Part shown: in pieces, positions 20,426-30,596 of the stretch
Layout: each line of letters opens with the position of its first letter
Position numbering within the stretch: position 1 is the stretch's first letter
Assembly: GCA_963806705.1 (NCBI GenBank)
Contig: CAWDZE010000008.1
Coordinates: forward strand, 104,700 to 168,699
Reading direction: 5' to 3'
Origin: Vicinamibacteria bacterium
GTDB taxonomy: Bacteria > Acidobacteriota > Vicinamibacteria > Vicinamibacterales > JAENWD01
DNA: 64,000 nucleotides
Position numbers and translations under genes: made by a program
The notes under the pieces: generated by a model
Databases searched by the model: none
What the model was told of the DNA's origin: nothing
Seen by the model: the letters and a program-made list of their open reading frames with translations, nothing else

Positions 20426-20926
20426 ATGCGGCGGACCCTTCTGGCGTTGGCGGCAGTCATGCTGGCGGCAACTTCCGTGCGTGCCGAGTTGCGCCACGCT
20501 GAAATCAAGACCCTGGGGATGGATTGAGAAATCTGCGCCCACGCCGTGAGCGTGGCCATGCGGAAGATTCCAGGCGTCAGGGCAGTCCGGGTGAGCCTCA
20601 ACGACGGGTCGACGCTGCTCGACTTGACTCCGAGTAACACCGTGACCCTCGCCCAATTGCGGACCGTTTTGAAGAACAGCGGGTTCGTGTCCAAAGAGGC
20701 GCGGCTTGAAGCGGCCGGGATGGTGACTGCGGACGGTCCGGGACTGTTGTTTACCGTGGCCGGGACTGGGGAGAAGTTCACGCTCTTGCCGGGCCTGACC
20801 ACTCGTGCGGCGTATGAAGGTCTGAAGGGACGCCTGCAGGAGGGGCCTCTTGCGCTGCAGCTCAAGGGGACAGCACGCGCCCCTGACGAGAAGGCGCCAT
20901 CGCTGGTACTCGACGCGGTGCAGTAA
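20426..20926 (+). CDS. Periplasmic HMA (MerP/CopZ-like) protein with C-terminal extra domain, predicted selenoprotein (Sec34, TGA 20525-20527)
   Basis: GAGGT RBS, ATG 20426, signal peptide, then KTLGMD-TGA-EICAHAVSVAMRKIPGVRAVRVSL = GMxCxxC motif as UxxC; in frame with ORF 20546-20926. Confidence 0.82.
20533..20563 (+). promoter_or_regulatory. Candidate bacterial SECIS element (HMA gene)
   Basis: Stem CCACGC/GCGTGG (20539-20555), loop CGTGA with G at position 2, 17 nt after UGA; possible lower stem CTGCG/TGCGG. Confidence 0.55.
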
Positions 20927-21063
20927 CGAAGAAAATTGGAACAACGACGCAACGTGCCGACCTGCGGAGCCAACTGCTGACCTGGCCGGGCGCCTACGCC
21001 AGGGCTACGGTAGACTGCGGTCGTAGGCCAGTGAGCCATTTCCACGGGCAGGCAAGGAGACGC

Positions 21064-21675
21064 ATGCTCAAGCTGCTTGGCATCGTCATACTCCTGGTTG
21101 TCGCGCTTGTGGCGGGCGTGTTCGTCTACGCCAGAAGCACGGGCCTGCGAGCCCGCAGCCAGCCCGGCACACTTGAAACGGTCGTCGCGCGTGCTGTGCG
21201 TGCCGCTGCAATTCCACCCGACGACCGTCAGCGCCGCAATCCGGTGCCCGCATCTGCGGAGGCGGTCACTCACGGGATGGAGCACTTCGCCGATCACTGC
21301 GCGACCTGCCACGCCAACGACGGGAGCGGAAAGACCGATTTCGGACGCGGGCTGTTTCCGAAGCCGCCGGATTTGCGCGCGGCTGCCACGCAGGGCCTGA
21401 CCGACGGCGAGTTGTGCTACATCATTGAAAACGGCGTCCGGTTCACCGGTATGCCCGCATTCGGATCGGCCGACGCCGCGGGAGCCCCAGATACGTGGCA
21501 TCTGGTCCACTTCATTCGCGAACTTCCGCGGCTCACGCCCGAGCAGATCAAGCAAATGGAAGCGCTGAATCCGAAGGCACCCGACGAGATTCGGCGGCAG
21601 ATCGCCGAAGAAGAGCGGCGGAATGGACGTAGTCGACAGCCCCAGCCCCCTCCGTCAAAGCCGCACCATCATTGA
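21064..21675 (+). CDS. Membrane-anchored monoheme cytochrome c
   Basis: HCATCH, PKPPDL, GVRFTGMPAFG, WHLVHFIREL; AAGGAG RBS; His-rich tail. Confidence 0.92.
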   Translation: MLKLLGIVILLVVALVAGVFVYARSTGLRARSQPGTLETVVARAVRAAAIPPDDRQRRNPVPASAEAVTHGMEHFADHCATCHANDGSGKTDFGRGLFPKPPDLRAAATQGLTDGELCYIIENGVRFTGMPAFGSADAAGAPDTWHLVHFIRELPRLTPEQIKQMEALNPKAPDEIRRQIAEEERRNGRSRQPQPPPSKPHHH

Positions 21676-22253
21676 GGAGGGACTCCCTGGCTATCCCTGG
21701 CCGCCAGGGCCAGCTGGCGCATCCGCGTACCAAACCAGGCAAAAGAGAGGCAACTAAACAGATAGATGGTGACGGCGTGGAGCGCGTACCTGTCGTACCG
21801 GATGAGTAATCGTGCCTGGCCCGCGGCCAAGAAATCCGGGTTGTCCTCGACGTACGGCATGAGCCACCCGACATAAAAGCCCGCCGCCTGGGCGAGGACG
21901 AAGAAGAGGAACCATTCGCCGACCCGCTGCCAACACTCCCGCGGGTCCGTCCGCCAGAGGAGGCGGGTCGTTCGGCACGCGGTGCCCGGGGTCCACACTT
22001 CCGTTTCTGGCGCTGCCAAGGCACTCACGGGCGCCGCGGTCATCAAGGCGACGGCGACGAGCCCGAAGTAAAGGGTCGTCCCGACGAAAAGCAATGCTTC
22101 GGACCCCGCCCGGCTGCGCATGAGCTGCGGCACGAGAAGGAGGGCCAGCATCGGGATGTTGGCGAGCAGGCTGGTGAGCAGACCCTTCCGCAGAACGGCA
22201 AGGAACGGTCCAGGCGCCGCAGCCCCGTAGGCGGCGTTCAGCGTTCCACCCAT
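21669..22253 (-). CDS. Hypothetical membrane protein
   Basis: 4 hydrophobic segments; AAGGA RBS. Confidence 0.6.
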   Translation of the reverse strand: MGGTLNAAYGAAAPGPFLAVLRKGLLTSLLANIPMLALLLVPQLMRSRAGSEALLFVGTTLYFGLVAVALMTAAPVSALAAPETEVWTPGTACRTTRLLWRTDPRECWQRVGEWFLFFVLAQAAGFYVGWLMPYVEDNPDFLAAGQARLLIRYDRYALHAVTIYLFSCLSFAWFGTRMRQLALAARDSQGVPPQ

Positions 22254-22428
22254 GTGCGCTTTCCTTACGTCTCTTACTTTCTGATACGTAGTGCTCTGTC
22301 ATACAGCTCTGCGATCCGAAAAAATCGGGCAGATATTCGGAGCGGTATTCACATGCGCCGCCCCGTTTCAGTTTTCGGGAGGAGCGGTGGCGTCAACCCC
22401 GGGCCGACTTGTCCCCGGTGGCAGGCGG

Positions 22429-22515
22429 ACACCAAGCCAGCAGGCTGATTCGACGGGCGCCACACAACTGGATGGCGTCCCAAGCATCCCGAGTTGGAAC
22501 CAGCTACACGAATGG
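22429..22515 (+). mobile_element. att-like junction: recombinase C-terminal remnant plus tRNA-Glu 3'-end core
   Basis: ACACCAAGCCAGC..TTCGA..CAACTGGATGGCGTCCC is shared with 46569-46620, and AGCAT-CCGAGTTGGAACCAG is shared with 47674 onward. Confidence 0.6.
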
Positions 22516-22530
22516 AATGCTGGTCACTCC

Positions 22531-22782
22531 TCACCGCTGGCTCGATTCGGGGTCGGCGGGCTCGGGGATTTGAAATTCACAGCCAGGGGGCAGCGGACGC
22601 TCGTCGTTCCAACAGGCTCTCGGAGGACCGAACCTCTTGCCGTGGCTCGGGCCAATGCTGACAGCTCCACACCCGTAGTAGATCACGTACCTCGTTTTGG
22701 TGGCGAGCCGCACGGTGTGGCCCTCGCAGTGGGGACAGGTCCATTGGGAGATAACCGGACGCTCGCTCAGGGTGTCGGACAT
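22531..22782 (-). CDS. Small putative Zn-ribbon protein (possibly degraded)
   Basis: WTCPHC...IYYGC; GGAG RBS. Confidence 0.4.
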   Translation of the reverse strand: MSDTLSERPVISQWTCPHCEGHTVRLATKTRYVIYYGCGAVSIGPSHGKRFGPPRACWNDERPLPPGCEFQIPEPADPESSQR

Positions 22783-22803
22783 GGCGTCTCCGGAAGGCTC
22801 GAA

Positions 22804-23055
22804 TCAAAGGCACAGTGCCTGCGACCATGACCAATCGCAGCGGGGGCAGTACCAACGCAGGGCGACCCGCGACCGCTCGCGCACCGTGACGCCATCGCGC
22901 CATTGGCAGCGGGGGCAGTCCGGCGTGACCACTCGGTTTTGGCGGCGATCAGGCTTTGGGACCAACCGCACGGGATCCTCCGTCGCCACTGACCGTGTAG
23001 TTTCTGTGGCAGTGTCGGGCCGCAATGCAGCGTGAGTGCCGTCTCCGCCCCCCAT
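22804..23055 (-). CDS. Small putative Zn-ribbon protein
   Basis: CPRC-x17-CPRCDWSW. Confidence 0.5.
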   Translation of the reverse strand: MGGGDGTHAALRPDTATETTRSVATEDPVRLVPKPDRRQNRVVTPDCPRCQWRDGVTVRERSRVALRWYCPRCDWSWSQALCL

Positions 23056-23380
23056 GCCCGTATGGTCAGCAAGTGTCGGGCCACAGAGAGCTTCCGGGGG
23101 GGCCTGTTACAGCAGATCCGCCGTCCGCACGGTGATGCCGAAGGCGGTCGACCGGGCCGACAGCGCCTGCGGCACCGGCAGCGCCGGCGCCCGCCGGGCC
23201 GAAGCCGGCACGGCCGCCGCTTCCCCCGCCGGGACCGAGCTTCGCGGTCAGTGGCGCGGCACGATCAGTTCATGCGCTCGCCCGCTCGAGTCTTCGCTTG
23301 ATATCCGGAGACCTGAAGGGAGCGACAATCGGCGCCATGATTCGCTCTCGCAACGGAGCGGTGACAGGATGGGGTGCCGC

Positions 23381-23900
23381 ATGACGTCAGAGCGGCTGGA
23401 GTATCGGCCGGTGACGGCCGCGACCCTCGACGAGTTTCACAGGCTCGTTCAGGACGATCACGTCCGACGCTACCTGATGGACGGCGAGCTGTTGCCTCGT
23501 GAATGGAGCGAGCAGCGCATCCGCGACAGCGCCGGCTTGTTCGAACGATGCGGTGTGGGGTTGTGGTTGGCTCGCCAGCAGGAGACCGGCGAGGTCGTAG
23601 GGTTCTGCGGTTTCCTCGACATACCGTCGATGCATTCGCAACCGCAGCTCGTGTACGCACTGTTCGAGCGATTCACTGGCCACGGGTATGCGACGGAGAT
23701 GGCCCGCGCGTCAATCGCGGAAGCTCGTCGCCATTCCGGTTTCGCACAAAGTCGTCGCCAGCGTTGACGAGGCCAACGTCGCGTCGGTTCGCGTGCTGGA
23801 GAAGCTTGGGTTCCGGCGGGCCGCGATCCACCGAGGCGCCTTCGGCGATGTGCTCGTGCTGGTGCGCGAGGCCTCGCACGTCGATGAACCGATATTCTGA
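23381..23900 (+). CDS. RimJ/RimL-type GNAT acetyltransferase, frameshift near 23745
   Basis: GHGYATEMARA, then in a second frame NVASVRVLEKLGF. Confidence 0.8.
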
Positions 23901-24171
23901 ATCAGTCGCGAGAGGCTCGCGTAGCGAACTGCCAGCGGTTCAGCTGATGTGCCAATCATGCGGCGCCGTCATTGAGAGCGCCGCTGCCTCGAAGCCCTTA
24001 ACGCGGTGGCGCGGTCTGTGCGATACCGGACGCCGTCCGTCCGGTTTCGGGACGATGGGATCGGTCTCGATCCCAGCTACGGACGGCATGAGGCTGAAGT
24101 TGAATGAATCGCCTCCTATGGACATGGCATACGAGCAACGATCGGCTCATGTTGAACGTCCAAAAGCGTAG

Positions 24172-24303
24172 AGCGCGTGGGCCCACCCCACCGCCTTCAT
24201 CGTCGTCGTGGCAACTCTCGTCGGCGCGGCCCTCGTCGCGTGCCTGCTGCCCGCGTCCCGCGCCGCATCGGTGGATCCGATGACGGCACTCCGGCAGGAG
24301 TGA
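24172..24303 (+). pseudogene. C-terminal remnant of an ABC/ADOP (FtsX-like) permease
   Basis: LVGAALVACLLPASRAASVDPMTALRQE*; in-frame TAG immediately upstream (24169). Confidence 0.75.
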
Positions 24304-24329
24304 GAGCTTTGCACGAAAGGAATCGCGAC

Positions 24330-25076
24330 ATGAAACCGATCACACTCTTCACTGTCCTTTTCAGTCTTGCGGCCGCCGTCTGTGCAAGCGCGCAAACACC
24401 CCCACCGGCCAAGGCCCGCATCTGTATGGACGTTGCGCACGAGCAGAAATTCTGGCGCGACCCCGCAGACACGGCAGGCGTGGACGTCAAAGTGATCGAA
24501 CGAGCGAAGTACATGACGGCCGAGTTCGTCAAGACGGCGGCCGCTGTAAACGCGAGCCTGTCCTATCTGAAGAACGAGGTGACCTCCAAGGGCCTGGAAG
24601 GATGTGATCTGCTGTTCATCCATATTCCTTCCGCAAAGTACACACCCGGCGAGGTCAGCGCCATATCGAAATACATCGCCGGCGGCGGTTCGCTGTTCAT
24701 GGTGATGGATCAGGACATGTGGTCGACCCTGGAGCAGACCGGGGTGAACGACGTGATCCATCCGTTCGGCATACAGTTCGGTGCCGAGAGTCCCGACTCG
24801 TTGGCGGGTGGCCACACCCAAGCAGGCCTCATTACCGAGAAGCGCTTGAAAATCTCTTATCACGGCGCGAGGACGGTCGCCGGCGGCACTCCATTTGCCT
24901 TCAATGACCGATCTGATGCCCATCCGTTCGGCACATTCACGGAGGTGAACAACGGCGGGAAGATCATCGTGATGGGCGACGGCATGGTGTCCTTGTACAT
25001 GACCAGCTGGGAAGGCGTTCACGATTACCAGTGCCAGGAGTTCATGCAGGCTGCGTTTCGGTGGTTGTTGAAGTGA
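24330..25076 (+). CDS. Secreted GATase1-like/DUF4350-type protein
   Basis: Signal peptide; MDVAHEQ, YIAGGGSLF, GGKIIVMGDG, ending FRWLLK. Confidence 0.7.
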   Translation: MKPITLFTVLFSLAAAVCASAQTPPPAKARICMDVAHEQKFWRDPADTAGVDVKVIERAKYMTAEFVKTAAAVNASLSYLKNEVTSKGLEGCDLLFIHIPSAKYTPGEVSAISKYIAGGGSLFMVMDQDMWSTLEQTGVNDVIHPFGIQFGAESPDSLAGGHTQAGLITEKRLKISYHGARTVAGGTPFAFNDRSDAHPFGTFTEVNNGGKIIVMGDGMVSLYMTSWEGVHDYQCQEFMQAAFRWLLK

Positions 25077-25378
25077 TTGACGTCATCGCTGGCGATGGCC
25101 TCGTTGGAGTCGCTGTGCTTGGCGCTGGCCTGTGGGACTAGTCCCCGCGGAATCGAGATCGCACGCAACGTGCGCCCCAATGGTCATGTGGGCCTGTCGG
25201 CGAGCGCCGTGCCTGCCGGCGGTCGGGTGACGGTTGATAGCGGGATCGGATTCCCGGCGCCGCCACCGCGGGACAGCCTCACCGTCACCGGCATCGTCAG
25301 ACTGACCGACGGTCGCGAGGCGTCAGCGTCGGCGCCGCTGGTCGTCGTCAACTGATTGGTCAGCACACACGCCTGGCC

Positions 25379-25503
25379 GCCGCACCGACGCCACGCAGGT
25401 AGTACGGATGAAAGCCGGCCACGGTCAACGCAAGCATCACGAGCGCGGCGGAAGTGTGAAGGAATCGCCGCACGGTGACGCCGCCGGCGCCAGGCGAGAC
25501 ACG
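25379..25503 (-). pseudogene. Internally deleted partial copy of the membrane-protein gene 45698-46501
   Basis: Near-identical to 46323-46438, fused to 46108-46123 at an ACGCCAC microhomology. Confidence 0.8.
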
Positions 25504-25641
25504 GGGCAGGGCCTCGGAATGCACGGCCTATGGTGGATCGAAGACGCTCGGCGCACCAACCCCAGCACGCCTGCGCGGGTCAAGGAGCCCTGACAGATCT
25601 GCGCGGGCGTCTGTGCGCGAGCAGTGATACATTTCGCCGCT

Positions 25642-26739
25642 ATGAAATTCATCGGGACTTTAGCGGTGTCGACCGTGCTCCTCGCCGCCGTGCCCGCGCC
25701 GGCACAGCAAGCGGCGGCCACGCTTGACGCGTCCACCGCAGGACGGTTTGCTGCCCTGACGCTGGCCTGCATCCGGAAGGAGTACCCGAACAAGATCACC
25801 CATATCCTGAATTCCCCCGATGACGTGAAGGCGCCGCATGAACTGACGCCCGCGTTTTACGGGTGTTACGACTGGCATTCGTCGGTGCATGGCCACTGGC
25901 TGCTGGCGCGCCTGGTCCGTGAGTTTCCGAAGGCGGCCTTTGCGACCGATGCGGCCGCTGCACTCAAGGCGAATCTCACCGCGGCCCGCATCGCCGGAGA
26001 GGTCGTCTACCTGAAGGGCACCGGGCGCGAGTCGTTCGAACGCCCCTACGGATTGGCATGGCTGCTACAGCTGGCCGCCGAGCTGCGCGAATCACAGACG
26101 CCTGACGCGGCTGCGTTGTCCGCCGCGCTGAAGCCGCTCGAAGCGGCTGTGGTCTCCCAGCTCGAGGCATGGCTGCCGAAGCTCGCATATCCCATCCGGG
26201 AAGGGGAACATGCGCAAACCGCATTCGCATTTGGGTTGATCCTTGACTACGCTCGCGGAACAGACGCGGCACTGGCGGCGATGGTGGTCGCCAAGGTTCG
26301 CGAGTTTCATCTCAACGATCGCGACTGCCCGATCAGCTACGAGCCGTCCGGTCAGGACTTCCTCTCGCCTTGCATCGCCGAGGCCGACTTGATGCGGCGC
26401 GTCCTGCCGCCTACCGAGTTCGCCTCGTGGTTGACGACCTTCCTCCCGCGGCTCCCCACAACCAATTCAGGCGCGTGGCTGCCGATTGGAGTCGTCACCG
26501 ATAAGTCGGATGGCAAGCTCGCGCATCTGGACGGCCTCAACCTCAGTCGGGCGTGGATGCTGGAGGGTATCGCGGCGGGATTGCCCTCCGGCGATCCGCG
26601 CCGACGCGCCCTGATGGCCGCGGCTCACACGCATGCCGCCAGTGGACTCGCTGCCGTGACCGGCGAGCACTACGCCGGCGGTCATTGGCTCGGCAGCTTC
26701 GCCACCTACCTCGCCACTCGCCGGGGTATCGGCCAGTAG
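25642..26739 (+). CDS. DUF2891 domain protein
   Basis: PAFYGCYDWHSSVHGHW, SFERPYGLAW, HLDGLNLSRAW, HYAGGHWLGSFA. Confidence 0.9.
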   Translation: MKFIGTLAVSTVLLAAVPAPAQQAAATLDASTAGRFAALTLACIRKEYPNKITHILNSPDDVKAPHELTPAFYGCYDWHSSVHGHWLLARLVREFPKAAFATDAAAALKANLTAARIAGEVVYLKGTGRESFERPYGLAWLLQLAAELRESQTPDAAALSAALKPLEAAVVSQLEAWLPKLAYPIREGEHAQTAFAFGLILDYARGTDAALAAMVVAKVREFHLNDRDCPISYEPSGQDFLSPCIAEADLMRRVLPPTEFASWLTTFLPRLPTTNSGAWLPIGVVTDKSDGKLAHLDGLNLSRAWMLEGIAAGLPSGDPRRRALMAAAHTHAASGLAAVTGEHYAGGHWLGSFATYLATRRGIGQ

Positions 26740-26897
26740 TCCCTCGGGTCTGCAGCGGCAAGGGCTTCGCGATGATGGAGGGGCGTTTTACTCTTGCGCG
26801 CGCGGAAGGAGGAGGCACGCGGTGTGACATGCAGATCGCGACAGGGCGCGTTGACCCGCGCGTTACATCGCCTCGCTGATCGATGTGGGGCGTCTCG

Positions 26898-27146
26898 TCA
26901 ACTCCGGCTGGTCGCGTTTGAGAGTCGCCGAGCATACCGGTCGCTGTCGGCTCGCTTCATCTGGGCATCAGCCTTCTCGAGCGCCTTTTCAATTCTGACG
27001 CTGATCTTCGCTTCGGTTCTGGCGAGATTCGCTTGGGCTCTGGCGATTTTGCGTTCGGCCTTGATTCTGGCCGAATCGAGGTCGTCCTGTGCCTTCACAC
27101 GAGTCTCAATAATCTTCGCCTGGGTTCTTTCCAATGTGCTCATCAC
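26898..27146 (-). CDS. Small coiled-coil hypothetical protein
   Basis: GAGG RBS; Ala/Lys/Glu-rich helical sequence. Confidence 0.5.
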   Translation of the reverse strand: MMSTLERTQAKIIETRVKAQDDLDSARIKAERKIARAQANLARTEAKISVRIEKALEKADAQMKRADSDRYARRLSNATSRS

Positions 27147-27328
27147 GTCCTCGTCGCGACTCGGAAAGTGTATTGCCGGCGAGGCGCAAGTTTGTAGTGC
27201 GTTACAGAAATTTTACGGCCGTGGCAGAGCATCACGGGATGCGGGAGCATTCGAGCACGGCAGTCGCAGCGCAGGCATACATTCGCGCGAGCAATCGAAT
27301 TGCCCAGCTGCGGCGGACGGGACCGGCG

Positions 27329-27553
27329 TTAGCCGATGGCCAGTGCCGGGTGCAACTTCTGTTCGTGGATGTCCTGGAGCACCGCTGTCTCGACCGCTCG
27401 AGTTGACGTCCAATGGCACCCACATCGGTAGCAACCGAAGCGCAAGGCGCCGGCGCGGATTTGTGCCTCTGTGAACTGTTGGACGGCGGAGTGCCCGAGG
27501 GGGCACTCGACCACGAACGCATAGCGCGAGGCGGTGAGAACTGGGACGTGCAT
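27329..27553 (-). CDS. Small putative Zn-binding protein
   Basis: ECPLGH...CYRCGCHW. Confidence 0.5.
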   Translation of the reverse strand: MHVPVLTASRYAFVVECPLGHSAVQQFTEAQIRAGALRFGCYRCGCHWTSTRAVETAVLQDIHEQKLHPALAIG

Positions 27554-27736
27554 GATGGTACCCCCGAGGATTCCAGCAGCCTACCGCCGTGGCCGCACGT
27601 TTGCGTTACCGTGACGTAACGATTGTGATCCTGCCGAGGGAATGCCGGACATGAAGCGGTGGCACGACTATCCTGTCGTCAAGATGAAGCCGTGCGCGAA
27701 GTGTCTCAAGCCGACCCGCAACCAGGCCGTCGCGCC

Positions 27737-28300
27737 TTATGCCGCGCCTGCCTTCAGGCGCTTGCGCTGGAGGTTGCTTTCGTAGTGCTGCTCCAGGTAG
27801 TCCACGCCGTCGGCCGTGATCATCAGGCGCGACGAGTCGCCGCGCTTCACGAGGTTCTTCGAGATCAAATACCAGAACGTGAATTCGAGATGTTCGCGCG
27901 ACTGCCCGGTCAGGCCTTCGAGATCGAGGTCGAAGATGCCGGGGTTGTTCGGGTTCACGCGGCGTTGCGTGTAGAGCGCCTCGAGCACCGTGAGGCGCAC
28001 CAGCTGCTCGATTTCGAAGTCGCTGTTCGCCTTCGCGCCGTCGCTGACGATCCGCATGCGCTCCTGACGCACCGACTGGTGTCGCACGTCGAACGCGGCG
28101 CGGGTTTCCGGATCGTGCAGGGCTTTGTATGCCTCGGTGATCGCACGGAACCGCGCGGTGTCGCCGGTCTCCAGGTTGTCGGGATGAAAGCGTTGCGCCA
28201 GCAGGCGATAGACCCGGTGAATGGTGTCCGGGTCCGCATTCGGGCTGATCTGCAGCGTCTCGTAGTAGTCGGGCAGCCGTTCTTGCATGAGCATTGTCAC
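27737..28300 (-). CDS. DnaJ (J-domain) protein with wHTH-like C-terminal domain
   Basis: DYYETLQI, RFHPDN, EAYKALHDPETRAAFD. Confidence 0.9.
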   Translation of the reverse strand: MTMLMQERLPDYYETLQISPNADPDTIHRVYRLLAQRFHPDNLETGDTARFRAITEAYKALHDPETRAAFDVRHQSVRQERMRIVSDGAKANSDFEIEQLVRLTVLEALYTQRRVNPNNPGIFDLDLEGLTGQSREHLEFTFWYLISKNLVKRGDSSRLMITADGVDYLEQHYESNLQRKRLKAGAA

Positions 28301-28859
28301 GTTCCCATCTGTCCGGAGAACGAGTTCGACGGAACCGTACCGGCAAGTGCAATGGTTGTTCGAGTGGGGGCGAGGCCGCGTTGCGCGTACGCAAACACCG
28401 GCTCAGCATGGCGAACTGTGAGTGTTTTGACGGAAGGGCTCGGGGGCGCCGGGGCAAGCGCGACAATAGATTTGCGCCTTTTTCTGCGTGGACTTTGCTC
28501 GGAAATCCTGCGTTCACACGGTAGAGGGGCACGCCCGATGGAAATCGAATGATGGGTTTCAGGAGGAAACGTGGAACACGTTTGTTAGCGGGACGGCAAC
28601 CGCGACTGGCCTGATATTCCTCGAGGGCGAATTTGTGATCAGCCGATAAACCCGCAGACGCGTGCAGACGCGTTCCGCCAATCTGGCGAGACTTTGCATC
28701 GCAAAGGTAGTGGCCGTCGCCCTGACGTTAAGAGGCTGTATCAAGAACCCGCTAGGGTAGTGGGTCACTCTTGGCCGTTCGGCGTGGCGCTCGACGCTGT
28801 GATCGACGGCTCCAATCATCGCTGCTATACTCCGACCGCGATTCGGTGCGGCAGGAGGC

Positions 28860-29303
28860 TTGGGCCATGAAGAGTTCGGCGTAGCCACCCTGGGAATCGT
28901 TGTCGTCCTTGCTGGATGCTCCAGTGAAGGCGTCCCACCCACACCGTCGGCTCCTAGTTCGCCCGTCGCTCCTGCTCCCGCTCCCCCCGCTCCGCCACCC
29001 CCGACTACTGGTTCCGCGCTGCTGTGGGTGATGGTGATGCCCGCCGGCAGCGCTATATGCATCGAAGGCGCGACGATCCAGATCGTCGGGGCGCAGGGCG
29101 CAGGCGAGGCCATCCCCCAGGAGACTCCCTGCGACTACTGGGGTTATTACGGCGGGCTGCTCCTGAAAGACCTGACGCCGGGCGTAGAGGTGACGCTGCA
29201 TGGTGCGGCACCCGGCTACACACCGCGCGAGGTGAGCTTCCTTCCGTTTGAGGTGCCGGGGTCCTACGAGGCTGTTTTTATCGAATTGTCGAAGGCACAA
29301 TAG
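28860..29303 (+). CDS. Lipoprotein with Pro-rich linker and carboxypeptidase-regulatory-like domain
   Basis: VLAGC lipobox; IEGATIQI...LHGAAPGY. Confidence 0.65.
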   Translation: MGHEEFGVATLGIVVVLAGCSSEGVPPTPSAPSSPVAPAPAPPAPPPPTTGSALLWVMVMPAGSAICIEGATIQIVGAQGAGEAIPQETPCDYWGYYGGLLLKDLTPGVEVTLHGAAPGYTPREVSFLPFEVPGSYEAVFIELSKAQ

Positions 29304-29507
29304 CCGTCAGTCAAATCGCAATCAGCCAATCGCATACGGTGACTGATGCCGTGCCTGCTGAAACGGGTGCGGCTGGTGGACGAGCAAAGCTGAAACGTAC
29401 CTAGAACGGCCGATCGTGGGAGCTACGCGGGCTGCGTGACGGTTGGCGTTCCCCGACGGGAACCGTCAAATCATTCCCCTCCTCCTCGCGCGCCTTCGGC
29501 TCTGCGC

Positions 29508-30596
29508 TCACCGGAAGTCTTCGATGAGCACCACGTCGGCGCCGCGTCCGACGAAGCCTCTGAAGAGAACGGTCGTGCCGTCGGGCGACACCGCGAGGTT
29601 CACATGCGACCCTCCCGGAGGGAAATTCTCGGGTCGCCCGAGGAGACGGTCATTCCCGCTGACGGGATCGATGGCGCGAAGCGGCGGCCTCGCGCTTGGG
29701 TCGCACGGCACGTACACAACGGTTCGCCCCGCCGGAGCGAATGCCGCCGATCTGACGCAGTCGACGAGACGCCGTGGTCCGGTGCCTGCCGCGATCGGCA
29801 GCACTAACAACGCTGAGTCTCCGTGAACCGGCTGGTAGAGGAGACTGGGACCGGAACCGAATTCATAGCCGACAAAGCCGCTGCCCGTCCGGGTCACCTG
29901 TTGCGGCTGCCCTCCAGGCGTAGGGACCCGCCAGATATCTCGCGTGGCTCCCAGGTCGTTCGCGAAATAGCAGCGTGACGTAGATATCGGTGTTGTCGAA
30001 CTTCTCGCCGGACCAGACGAACGCGACCTGCTCGCCGTCGGGCGCGAACGCCGGCCCTGTTTCCCTGCCGGCCAGCCTCGTGACCGCCACGACTCTTGGA
30101 GATGGGCTCTCCACCGAGGGGGCTTTGCGCAGGAGCGCAATGGCCGCGACAACCAGGATGATGCCGGCCGCGCCGATCACCATCCATGGACGCTGGCGTG
30201 TTTCGAGGACTCTGGTCGGCGGTTCCGGCACCGCTGCCGGTGCCTCGATCCCACTTTCGACCGGTGCAATGAAGCGATAGCCGCGCCTGGGGACGGTCTG
30301 AATGAAGCGGGGCGACTCTGCCGAATCGCCCAGCGTTTCGCGCAGCGGTTGATGACCGCGTTCAGGCCGTGCTCGAAATCCACGAACGTGCCGTTCGGCC
30401 AGAGGCGCTGGCGCAGCTGCTCGCGCGTGACCAGCTCACCGGGCCGCTCCACCAGCTCGACCAGCACCTTGCGTGACTGGTCCTGCAGGCCCAGGACGAC
30501 CCCGGCCTTGCGCAGCTCTCCTGACTCCGGATTGAGTTCGAAGCTGCCGAATCGCAGCGGCCGGCGTGCTGGCGCCGGGATTTCTGCCATCGCCAT
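29508..30596 (-). pseudogene. CadC-like wHTH + TM + PD40 propeller protein; frameshifted and internally deleted
   Basis: RFGSFELN..ELVERPGELVTREQL..LNAVIN, IQTVPRRGYRF, PAFAPDGEQVAF; abrupt jump near 29970 to the last propeller blades. Confidence 0.75.

Noticed and set aside
19256..20527. Genome-wide UGA reassignment (Trp/Gly/Cys) as the explanation of the in-frame TGAs
   Set aside because: TGA is the normal stop of many genes here (e.g. 2445, 5783, 15337, 19573, 20415); read-through is only needed at two Cys positions with hairpins.
19996..21555. Long antisense ORFs (519 aa here; also 729-1766, 7476-8753, 48700-49962, 54824-56182)
   Set aside because: Shadow ORFs opposite real genes in GC-rich DNA, with Arg/Ala-rich non-protein-like composition.
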